DNA of 64,000 nucleotides, from IMG/VR virus record IMGVR_UViG_3300027896_005002, positions 124,001 to 188,000 of that record; one strand, 5' to 3'. Below are positions 20,858 through 30,233 of this stretch, one piece after another. Position 1 is the stretch's first letter. Each line of letters begins with the position of its first letter. The notes beneath the pieces were generated by a model. It made no database searches. It was given only the letters and a program-made list of their open reading frames with translations, and was not told where the DNA came from. A program made the position numbers and the translations under genes.

Positions 20858-21391
20858 ATGAAGTTCAAAGACATCAAACAATTCCCTCAAATCTACTACA
20901 ATGTCAACCTCTCATGGTCATCTCTTGACGACTGGCTTGCTCGTCAAATGAATATCGGTGAATACAAAAGTCAGAGAGAAGGCCTCTCCTCTCTCAACAT
21001 CAATCCTGACTTTCAACGCGGCCACGTCTGGACTAAAGACCAACAAATCGCCTACGTCGAATTCATGCTTTGCGGCGGCACTTCCGGTCGCAATATCTAC
21101 TTCAACCATCCAGGATGGATGTCATCCTTCAAAGGTGAATTCGTCCTTGTTGACGGTCTCCAACGCATTACTGCAGTCCAAGCTTTCATGCACAATAAAA
21201 TCCCAGCCTTCGGCTCTCTTATTGAAGACTACGAAGATAAAATGCCATACAATGTTGATTTCATAGTTAATGTGGCCAAACTCCAAACACGAAAAGATGT
21301 CCTCAACTGGTACATACTCATGAACTCTGGCGGCACACCTCACACTCAAGAAGAAATTGACCGAGTCAAAACTCTCAAGGACCAACTATGA
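20858..21391 (+). CDS. stand-alone DUF262 (ParB-like/GmrSD N-terminal) protein
   Basis: INPDFQRGHVW, NIYF, LVDGLQRITA. Confidence 0.8.
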   Translation: MKFKDIKQFPQIYYNVNLSWSSLDDWLARQMNIGEYKSQREGLSSLNINPDFQRGHVWTKDQQIAYVEFMLCGGTSGRNIYFNHPGWMSSFKGEFVLVDGLQRITAVQAFMHNKIPAFGSLIEDYEDKMPYNVDFIVNVAKLQTRKDVLNWYILMNSGGTPHTQEEIDRVKTLKDQL

Positions 21392-21810
21392 AAATTATCA
21401 ACATTGTCATCATTGATGATGACCCCAACATCCGCGATATGGTCAAACTCAACATCGGCAATGAAAACTTCAATCGAATAGCTGTCGCTTCTCACAGAAG
21501 TGACATCATTACTTATCTTTCTACTGCAGACTTCTACATCATCAACGCTCAACAACCAGACTACGACCTCTCTCTTTGGGAAACTCTTCACCTTCTCTCG
21601 AAAAAACTTGACGTCCCATTCAACAAATTACCTGTCGTCATCATGACTGACGGCTACTCCCTACCATTTGATCCACAACTACCCAGTTTTGAAAAACCAT
21701 TTGACTTTCAACAATTAATCGTGGCCATCGTCAAACAACGACTTGATTATATAGAATACAAACTATTACCTCTTGCTATACACGGAATAGGAAAATGGAG
21801 TATTAACTAA
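21388..21810 (+). CDS. orphan CheY-like receiver domain
   Basis: IVIIDDD, vIMT, FEKPF; phospho-Asp position appears degenerate (YIINAQ). Confidence 0.65.
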   Translation: MKIINIVIIDDDPNIRDMVKLNIGNENFNRIAVASHRSDIITYLSTADFYIINAQQPDYDLSLWETLHLLSKKLDVPFNKLPVVIMTDGYSLPFDPQLPSFEKPFDFQQLIVAIVKQRLDYIEYKLLPLAIHGIGKWSIN

Positions 21811-22005
21811 TGATGACAAAAATATACAAAATCACAGGCTCTTCTGAAAAACGATCAACAACTGTCTACAGAAACAAACACGACATTCCTCGTACAATAG
21901 CATTATTAGAAAAATGTGGCTATCAAAACATCAATATTGAAGACATCATACTCAATCAAACACACGTCCATTACATTTTCCCAAACCTTAAAAAACTCAA
22001 TTAAG

Positions 22006-22425
22006 ATGAACCACCAATTTACTATACAAAACACTGATTTCCCAAGGCCAAGAATATGCTCGTCTTTTTGGCGCCAACTCGTAACATATCTTTCCCTACA
22101 TCCGGAAAAAGAAATATCAATACCATCTTTCGCTTACCGCTCAATCGAATACGCGTCTGAAAAGACAGGAATCAAAATCAGCAGGAAGCTCGACACAAGA
22201 AATAATCACTATAATGTCAAATTAAGTGCAGAACATTACTACATCAAATTGAGCGCGGAATACTGTCACGCCAAATACGGTTGTCTAAAAAAGAACGGAA
22301 TGAATTGTAAGAAATGTGAACATTACAAATATTACAAATATAAATTAAAACATCCCGGATATTTTAGTAAGAAAGCTCGTGCCGCAAGGAAATTGAAACG
22401 TCTCAGCAGAAAGGACTCTTTATGA
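22006..22425 (+). CDS. hypothetical protein sharing a domain with the GGCT C-terminus (track ORF 21916..22425; probable start 22006)
   Basis: FT.qNT.FP.P ... AYRSIEYASEKTGIKI in both proteins. Confidence 0.65.
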   Translation: MNHQFTIQNTDFPRPRICSSFWRQLVTYLSLHPEKEISIPSFAYRSIEYASEKTGIKISRKLDTRNNHYNVKLSAEHYYIKLSAEYCHAKYGCLKKNGMNCKKCEHYKYYKYKLKHPGYFSKKARAARKLKRLSRKDSL

Positions 22426-22771
22426 ACTGCCAACAACTCTTACAACAAGTCGACTCACTCGGCAAAAAAGCCAAAACTCACTACCAATCACTACGTCAAA
22501 CACAAAACGTCAAAAACTCTGCCATACAAACTATCAATCTCTTTCAACAACCAACACGCCTCATCGTCTCTCCCCAAATCCTTAACCTCATTCGTCAACG
22601 TTCTGACGGAATCACACTCATCAAACTACCCAAAACATCTAAATACGATCACATCTCAAAAATTCAATTCCACAAAAACTACCACTCACTCAATTCATCC
22701 CAAAAAAGACAAATCCGTCAACTTTATAAAGAATCTGAACGTGAATGGAAAGCCGAAAGCGAAGTATCATG

Positions 22772-23014
22772 AAATGCAATCGTTGCGGCGGTTGCTGTCT
22801 TGCCAGCCCTTGCTTTGAAATTCCTTTTGACAAAGAAATATTCATTGAAATCAATGGTCTCAAAATTCATAAATGTCCTCACCTATCTTTCAACAACAAC
22901 ATCGCTACTTGCAATGTCTTCAAATCAGGCAATATCCACAAAAACTCTAATTGCACTTCTAACCACCCTCCAGAATTCTATAAAAAATATCTAAACTCCA
23001 AAAACCTCATATAA
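22772..23014 (+). CDS. small Cys-cluster (YkgJ-like) protein
   Basis: MKCNRCGGCC...C...CPHL...C; similar to 42611..42820. Confidence 0.55.
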   Translation, partial: KCNRCGGCCLASPCFEIPFDKEIFIEINGLKIHKCPHLSFNNNIATCNVFKSGNIHKNSNCTSNHPPEFYKKYLNSKNLI

Positions 23015-23767
23015 TTTTTTTCTCGCCTCAAAATGTGGCAGTTATCTCATTATCATAGATTTCTTCTTTTCATCAATCATCACACTACCGTTATATACGT
23101 CACATATTACTACTTGTAAACAACCTCAATAATCTTCTATCATCACTTCCCATCACTCTATTACACAATAATCATTATCAGTCGTCATATCGCGTATGAA
23201 GGCTGCTGACATTCATCATCTCTCTTCAGTGTTTCCTCTGGTATATAGCTATTTTCCCAAATGGCCTTTACTTTCTTCAATTTCGTCTCTATCTCTCAAT
23301 CGACGGAGATAAATTAACATTATTCTCTGTAAACTTACTTAAAAAGCATTCAAAACATCATCATCAACTTACGTGAAATATCCTCTAAAATACTAAGGCC
23401 CTCTCTTCTCAACAAATATTACCCTCTGTAAACATACAGATTATATTTCATATACCTTAAATCAGTGGGCGATAGAATAGATTTTAGTAAGTTAAAATAT
23501 ACCATACGCGCGCGCAATATCAATTAATTATAGAGAGAAGGGTTTGACGCTTTTTATCTTGTAAATACACGTAATTGCACTAGCTACGTTGCCATAAGTA
23601 AATTTACAAGAGATACCTACCCGGAGCAGATGCCGCGTTGCGTCGGGTGCCGGAGAAGTCTTGCGAGAGCCTATCGCGTTGGCCCCTACCACAACAAACC
23701 ACAATAAATGAATGGTATAGATAAAGGGTCAGTAGAAGGTCTATATATGTAGGTATGTCACTAAGAG

Positions 23768-23802
23768 AATCGTGAGGCTTGTGACAGTATCTATATTTTT
23801 AG
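23768..23802 (+). repeat. direct repeat copy 1 flanking the helicase-MTase-rSAM operon
   Basis: AATCGTGAGGCTTGTGA exact 17-mer, then cAGTatcTATATTTTTAG. Confidence 0.8.
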
Positions 23803-24711
23803 ATACTTTTCTTTACTAGACAAGACTTTACATTCACAAAGTTCTGGATAGGGACAAATTTGTGGTTGTTTTAATAAATTTCCTAAATCAAAATCTTTTA
23901 CAATGAACTTACCTGTTCTAATTTGATTCCAGCATGTTACAATTTTATGTTTGCCGAAATCTTTATTATTATCACATGAAACAATAAAAAAATTACATCC
24001 AGCATTACAATTTTCACCTTTACGAATTTTTGGAATATCTTCTTCAATGGGAAATTTAGTTTTTATAAAATCCGGGCATAAATTGAAAAGATTGTTATAT
24101 TTTAATAAGTAGTCATTTTGATATGATCCGTCGGCGTTAATTACAGTCTTACACATACGTCCTTTTATACATCGTGGTATTATAAAAATGTCATGTTTAG
24201 AAAGAATATCAAATACTTCGTGATAAACATCTAAATTTGTTCGACCTATTATTAATGTTTGGCCATTTAATAAAATGGGTGTGATAATTTGAGTAACATT
24301 AATATTGACATTTCTAGATTTAAATTGCTTTATATTATTAATAAATTTATCTAAAAATTTTGATAATTCTTCATGAGTATTAATGTTCCGACATTCAAGA
24401 TGTAATGACACATAAAGATTGCCATTTTTAATTTCATCATAATTATAACTTTGTTCACTGAGTTTAGTATTAATTATATAGTTATAACCACATTGTTGAA
24501 TATATTCAATTATTTTATAAATGTTAACGTTATCAAAGGGTTCTCCGCCTGAGATTATAATAAGACTTGATTGAGGTAAATTTTTAAAAAATTTCATATT
24601 TTTGATATCAATATCACTGTATTGAAATTGATGTACATTGTCATTTACACAGTAATAGCATCTTGGTTGACAATTATTTCCCATTATATTTAGTTCAACT
24701 ACAATATTCAT
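23791..24711 (-). CDS. radical SAM protein with Cys-rich C-terminus (track ORF to 24837; probable start 24711)
   Basis: CQPRCYYC (CxxxCxxC), ISGGEPF, C-terminal CNAG...C...CPYPELCEC (Twitch/SPASM-like). Confidence 0.85.
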   Translation of the reverse strand: MNIVVELNIMGNNCQPRCYYCVNDNVHQFQYSDIDIKNMKFFKNLPQSSLIIISGGEPFDNVNIYKIIEYIQQCGYNYIINTKLSEQSYNYDEIKNGNLYVSLHLECRNINTHEELSKFLDKFINNIKQFKSRNVNINVTQIITPILLNGQTLIIGRTNLDVYHEVFDILSKHDIFIIPRCIKGRMCKTVINADGSYQNDYLLKYNNLFNLCPDFIKTKFPIEEDIPKIRKGENCNAGCNFFIVSCDNNKDFGKHKIVTCWNQIRTGKFIVKDFDLGNLLKQPQICPYPELCECKVLSSKEKYLKI

Positions 24712-24712
24712 A

Positions 24713-25315
24713 CTATCTTTTATAGAGGATGATTGTTCCAAGTATTGATTTGCTTTTATTGCCAGTGCCGTTATACATATAGATATTGTTGTTTGTTTGC
24801 CAATTATTTTCATGAATGTATCTGCAGAATCGTTCATTTGAGTTTATTGTTTTTTGTATTTCATCGTGTCGGCAGCATTGATGTCTGTTTTTTAAGATGA
24901 TGTTGATAGCGATCATTACTTCGTTTATTTGTCTGCGATTGAGAATTTTTAGTATTTCTGTTGTGAGGTTAATTGCTTTTTCTGGCATGTATAATGTGTC
25001 CAGGTTGACAATGCCGGGATTGAATGGTCTTTTAAAGATGTATTGTATGTGACCGCAAAACCAATTGCAGTTAGGTAATTTGTTTTTGTTAATGTTAATA
25101 GTTGTTGAATCGTAGTCAATGCCGAAATATTGTTTTTGAGTAATGAGGCCTGATTTGAAAAGTTGGTCAGTTTCGCAGTTTTCACCGATTTGTGGAGAGC
25201 ATAGAGAAATGAATGATTTGTTTTTGGGCATTGTGTGGTAGAATAGTTCTCGATAAGTGTTTATGATGATTTCTCGAGATTTAGTTTTTTTGGTGTCGTT
25301 AGAATATAATTTCAT
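24713..25315 (-). CDS. divergent class I SAM-dependent methyltransferase-like protein
   Basis: Order FISLCS (motif I-like), YFGIDYD (acidic end of beta2), NWFCGHI, GIVNLD (motif IV-like); glycine loop degenerate. Confidence 0.45.
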   Translation of the reverse strand: MKLYSNDTKKTKSREIIINTYRELFYHTMPKNKSFISLCSPQIGENCETDQLFKSGLITQKQYFGIDYDSTTININKNKLPNCNWFCGHIQYIFKRPFNPGIVNLDTLYMPEKAINLTTEILKILNRRQINEVMIAINIILKNRHQCCRHDEIQKTINSNERFCRYIHENNWQTNNNIYMYNGTGNKSKSILGTIILYKR

Positions 25316-28246
25316 TTATCTTCCTTGATAACTTTTACCTAGAAACCATTTATACCCACCTTTTTTCTTAAAATCTTTATATTTACCGAGTGCTCCTCTT
25401 AAATGACAGGATATTTTTCTGTTTTTGGGATTTTTCCACCATTTAATATATTCTGTATTACTTGAAAGATTTAATTTACTAATTATTCTTTGAGCCTTAT
25501 CAGTTGACCATAAATCAGAAGAAATTGTTATAAATGACACTTTTGTTTTTGAAAATTGTTTGCCGAAGAACCATTTATACCCACCTTTTTTCTTAAAATC
25601 TTTATATCTCCAAACATTAAGCAATAAATGACATGTAATTTTTCTGTTTTTGGGATTTTTCCACCATTTAACATATTCAGGATTATTTTTGAATCCTAAT
25701 TTGCTGACTACTTTTTGAGCTTTATCTAATAGCCACAAATCAGAAGTAAGATTTCTTAAAGTTTTTTTTGTTCGTTTTTTTAATATTCGTATATTGAATT
25801 GTTTGCCGAAGAACCATTTATAGCCGCCTTTTTTCTCAAAATCTTTATATCTGTGAACACGGGAGTATAAATGACATGTAATTTTTCTGTTCTTGGGATT
25901 TTTCCACCATTTAAGATATTCATAAGGATTAAAAAACTTAAATGGTCTAATTACTTTTTGAGCTTTATCTAAAGACCACAAATCAGTATAACTTTTACCG
26001 AAGAACCATTTATAGCCACCTTTTTTTTCAAAATCTTTATATCTATATACATGACTATGTAAAAGTTGTGAGATATCTTTATTTTTAGGATTTTTCCACC
26101 ATTTAACATATTCAGGATTATTTTTGAATCCTAATTTACTAATTACTTTTTGAGCTTTATCTAAAGACCACAAATCAGTATAACTTTTACCGAAGAACCA
26201 TTTGTAGCCACCTTTTTTTTCAAAATCTTTATATCTATGAGGTCGACTATGTAAATGTGATGATATTTCTTTATTTTTAGGATGTCTCCACCATTTAGCA
26301 TATTCATGATTATTTTTGAAACCCAGTTTACTGACTATTTTTTGAGCTTTATCAATTGGCCATATATCGCCATAAAGTCTTTCAACGCATTCTTTAAATT
26401 TTTGTAATGTTTCAAATGTTTCAAAAGCATTCATTGCGCTTAAGTAAATAAATGCCGGATTTTCTCTTACAATACCTCTATTTAATTTATTAATATCAAA
26501 TGTTATAAAGTCTTCTTTTGCTCTTTTCCATAATTTTGTTATAATTTGTTTTGTAAATACTGTAACATCAATATTTGTAAGATGATTATTTTCAATTTCT
26601 TCTTGAATTATTTCAGTCGTTATTTGTATTGATTGATTTTTAACTAATCGTCTATTTGTAATTAATTGTGGGTTTTCTGCAGTCCATATTTTCATTTCTT
26701 GAATGATATCATCATTAATATTATGAATTATATTTGCAGGCAATGTCTTATAATAATCTATATTATTAGATTCTTTATTTTTTTTTCTTTTAATTTTATC
26801 GTTTTTAACAGCTTTACACTGTGCATAAATATGTTCAAATTGCATTGAAAGTACTATAGAATTGTAATAATTTTCTTTTCGTTTTAATGATAATTCTTTA
26901 TCTAAATCTTCCATTGTATATGGTAAGATATGATATACAGTTGCATGATTTTTATTATTAGCTTTTCTTAATGCTCGACCCATTCTTTGTATGACATCTG
27001 TTATATTTTTCACTCCGGGTATTAATATTCTTGTTAAATATTTCCAATTAGCACCTTCTCTAAATGTTCTTAAAGCAACTACAAAATCTAACATTTCATT
27101 ATTATCACTATTATGAACTTTTTCAGTATAATCGTACTTTTCTTTTCTATCGGATTCAACTACTAATTCAATTCCTTTTAGCCATTTGCCATTTCTTTTA
27201 ATTCTTGTTAAAATACCATCATGTTCTATTTCGGGATTATCACTATTACTTATCATTTTAAAAATCATATTTACATCATTGTATTTACCAGTTGATTCTC
27301 TACTATTAACATCAGGTACATAAATCAATGATGGTTCCCACATTGAATCTCTATTAAGTATTACATTTGTTGCATCTTCATACGATCTTTCATATAATAC
27401 AAAATTGTAATCAAAATAATCAAAATTACAATCTCTTAAATGTTCGTCGTATGGATATTTAAATGTTGTTACTTTTTCCATATTTTCTTTAGATAGCAGT
27501 GACCATTTATCGCCTCTGAATGGTGTTGCTGATACTAATCCTAATTCATTATTTCTTTCAGGAAAAGAATGTACATCATGGACAATTTTTCCCATTTTAT
27601 TAAAAGTTATTAAATCTTCATTTTCATATTCTTCACATAATAAATGTTGAACTTCATCAATTGTGTAAAGTATGTATGTAAAAGCTTCAGGATTTAAATC
27701 ATAAGCTAGAACTAAAGTAGCATTACAGCATACTATTATTCTATCTAAAGGATCTTTATTTCTATAAGATGTAATTGCAGTTAATAATCTTTTAGCATTT
27801 GATAAATCTGATTTATCAATACCAATAATTTCAACATCCCAATTTATTTGAGATTTATCAGGTGCTATTATTTTCATGGGATTGAAACTTCGTGTAATTT
27901 GTCTTTGTGGTGTTGATATGATATTGAATAATTTTGGATTTTTTTGTAATTTTTTATAATTTAGAATAGCTATTTCAACAGCTTTTCCTGCGCCAGTTGG
28001 AGCATCAATTAAATAGTATTTTTTATTAAGTAATTTGTTGTAACAGTTTAATTGCCAAGGTTTTAATATAAGTGGTTGACCGGGTATTGATGGTTGAGGA
28101 ATTGAAATTGTTTTGTCAAAATCATCAATACAAAAAGATCTTTTAATTCGAACTCGATTACCGGGTTTTCCAAAAATTTGATTTTCATTACGCGAAATAC
28201 GATTACCGTCATCATCAAATAATGAATCAATGTCAATTTTATTCAT
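25316..28246 (-). CDS. SF2 helicase/ATPase with five C-terminal tandem repeats (integrase-repeat-unit-like)
   Basis: APTGAGK, DEVQH, SATP, QRMGRALR; repeats W..DKAQK...LGF....EY.KWW..PKN.......RYKDF.KKGGYKWFFGK. Confidence 0.85.
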   Translation of the reverse strand: MNKIDIDSLFDDDGNRISRNENQIFGKPGNRVRIKRSFCIDDFDKTISIPQPSIPGQPLILKPWQLNCYNKLLNKKYYLIDAPTGAGKAVEIAILNYKKLQKNPKLFNIISTPQRQITRSFNPMKIIAPDKSQINWDVEIIGIDKSDLSNAKRLLTAITSYRNKDPLDRIIVCCNATLVLAYDLNPEAFTYILYTIDEVQHLLCEEYENEDLITFNKMGKIVHDVHSFPERNNELGLVSATPFRGDKWSLLSKENMEKVTTFKYPYDEHLRDCNFDYFDYNFVLYERSYEDATNVILNRDSMWEPSLIYVPDVNSRESTGKYNDVNMIFKMISNSDNPEIEHDGILTRIKRNGKWLKGIELVVESDRKEKYDYTEKVHNSDNNEMLDFVVALRTFREGANWKYLTRILIPGVKNITDVIQRMGRALRKANNKNHATVYHILPYTMEDLDKELSLKRKENYYNSIVLSMQFEHIYAQCKAVKNDKIKRKKNKESNNIDYYKTLPANIIHNINDDIIQEMKIWTAENPQLITNRRLVKNQSIQITTEIIQEEIENNHLTNIDVTVFTKQIITKLWKRAKEDFITFDINKLNRGIVRENPAFIYLSAMNAFETFETLQKFKECVERLYGDIWPIDKAQKIVSKLGFKNNHEYAKWWRHPKNKEISSHLHSRPHRYKDFEKKGGYKWFFGKSYTDLWSLDKAQKVISKLGFKNNPEYVKWWKNPKNKDISQLLHSHVYRYKDFEKKGGYKWFFGKSYTDLWSLDKAQKVIRPFKFFNPYEYLKWWKNPKNRKITCHLYSRVHRYKDFEKKGGYKWFFGKQFNIRILKKRTKKTLRNLTSDLWLLDKAQKVVSKLGFKNNPEYVKWWKNPKNRKITCHLLLNVWRYKDFKKKGGYKWFFGKQFSKTKVSFITISSDLWSTDKAQRIISKLNLSSNTEYIKWWKNPKNRKISCHLRGALGKYKDFKKKGGYKWFLGKSYQGR
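25319..26370 (-). repeat. five coding tandem repeats (core 192 nt / 64 aa)
   Basis: First Trp codon of units 1-3 at 26362, 26170, 25978 (192-nt period); units 4-5 separated by longer linkers. Confidence 0.9.
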
Positions 28247-28294
28247 GTTATTATAATCACGTAGAAATACGTAGAATATGTGCTTGCTATGCTA

Positions 28295-28328
28295 AATCGT
28301 GAGGCTTGTGATAGTGATATATTTTTTA
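28295..28328 (+). repeat. direct repeat copy 2 flanking the helicase-MTase-rSAM operon
   Basis: AATCGTGAGGCTTGTGA exact 17-mer, then tAGTgaTATATTTTTTAG. Confidence 0.8.
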
Positions 28329-28871
28329 GTTAGGGTATTCTGAATCCGAAAGCTATGGAGTCGATACTTTTATTTTGTGGATATATTATTTATTATTGTT
28401 TTCCAGTTAATTTAGTGATGATCTGTGAATCTTTTAAGAAATATTCTTGATTAAGTTTTAGTATAGATTTTTTTGGATTAGGATGATGTAATGATATGCA
28501 TTTAGCTTTATATCCTTTTTTTTCAAATCCGGTTATTTTAAATTCTGCCATGCAATCGGAACAAGTTCCGACGACATCGCCTATTTCAAATCGGCGTTTT
28601 TTTATTTTTGCGTCTTTATTATTATTTATTAATTGAGCGAAAGTTTTAATGTAATCATATTTACTTAAAAGAGCTTTTTTTAGGTTACTTTTGATTATTC
28701 CGTATAGAAATTTTGCTTTTTTACCCTCATCTCCATCGTCACAGTGTCCACCATTAAAAATGCAATCGTAGTGGCCCTCGGCATACCAAGCTGTCCAATA
28801 TTTCATGTGGAGATCATTGGGATATTTTTTTTGATAATCCTGTTCGATTTTTTTTATGATGTCTGTTGATT

Positions 28872-29291
28872 TCATATTTTGAAGATTAGTTCTATTTGTG
28901 TTATGTCCGAGAGTTCGTAGTCCGAGTTTGGTTTTGGGTCGAGTAGAGATATATCTTTGTTGTTAGTGATTTCAAGTAAGACGCAGTGTGAGTAGTGTCT
29001 TGATGGTTTTTGTAGTATGCCGATGCATTTGAAGTTATTGAGGGAGAGGTAAGGCATTTTGACGCAGTTTTTATCAGGGATGAAGGGTGTGTCGATAGTG
29101 ATCCTGAAGTAGTTGTGGGAGTTGAGGAAGTTGTCGTAGGTGTTTTTGAAGGTCGTTATTTCTTCGTCAGACCAGGGTCTGTTTTTGTCTGGAGATATTT
29201 TGTGGAATTCAGGGATGTCCAAGTAGTTTATGTGTAGTAGTTCAGATAGGCAAGTTTGTAGGCAGTCTCTGTCGTGTCTTTGTTTATTCAT
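28872..29291 (-). CDS. papain-like (C39-like) peptidase-fold protein
   Basis: N-terminal DCLQTCLSELL, later HCVLL and LLDP (Cys-His-Asp order). Confidence 0.5.
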   Translation of the reverse strand: MNKQRHDRDCLQTCLSELLHINYLDIPEFHKISPDKNRPWSDEEITTFKNTYDNFLNSHNYFRITIDTPFIPDKNCVKMPYLSLNNFKCIGILQKPSRHYSHCVLLEITNNKDISLLDPKPNSDYELSDITQIELIFKI

Positions 29292-30198
29292 CGCTATTGT
29301 AGGTCTGTCATTTTATTATTATTTTTTATTCTGGGTAGTAATAGAAGTGATGGATCGTATTGTGGGAAAGTATGGAACGGTTTGCTGTCGTCTTCTTTGC
29401 CTGAGAATATTTTTTGAAATTTTTTATAGATAGTGTTGATTGTTTTGGCGTGTTTTGTGTTACAATTTTTTTTGTCGAGGTCTGCGATGTATGTTTGAAA
29501 TTTAGTGATGCGAAACGCAATACATTCAATGTATGCCATTGGTGTCATATTTCGAGTCTTCATGATAATTTTTGATAGAGAAGTTAGTGTTTCAGGATCG
29601 AGTATCCCTATTCTCTTGTCTCTCTTGAGTTTTTGTGTGATGAGCGTGCAGACGCCGAACATTGATAGTTCATGACATATGTCGTCAGCTTTTTCTAGTA
29701 GTTTGGGATTGAGTATGAGGGCTTCAATGTCTATTTTCTCTGCCGTCTTGGGATCAGTTCGGTATTTGAATTGTCGGATTTTGATGTCAGATGGTTTTGT
29801 ATTCATTCTTTTCTCCTATTAGAATTCTCATTCAGTTATTAGTTGCCATAATATGCATTCTTTTGTCCATGAAGGTACGATATAGTTCATTCCTAGTAAT
29901 TTTGCTAGGATAGTGTTGTCTTTATAAGGTTGTGTCGTATAGACATTAGTGCCGAACCATTGTTCAAGTTTTTTAATTTCTAGGTTTTGGAATGAAGTAA
30001 GTAATTTTTTTGCTTTAGTGATGAAGAATTTCTTAGCGTGTAAGGGATTTGAAGTAAAGATAGGGCAGTTTATATTGTTGTCCCATAAATTGCTTATCCA
30101 GTATTCTATTTTTTCTTCTTTTGGATAGATTGGTTTGGCTGCTAGATTGAATGTTATAAATTTTAGGCGGTATATCATGGTATTTAGTGAGTTGAGAT

Positions 30199-30223
30199 AA
30201 GGCCTCTTTATTAGAGAGGCCTT
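30199..30223 (-). terminator. hairpin downstream of the MVP-like gene
   Basis: AAGGCCTCT/AGAGGCCTT 9-bp stem. Confidence 0.6.
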
Positions 30224-30233
30224 TATAAAGAGT

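Noticed and set aside
25319-26370. CRISPR array or DGR template/variable repeats
   Set aside because: Repeats are in-frame coding units without spacers; no RT or cas genes, and differences are not confined to adenines
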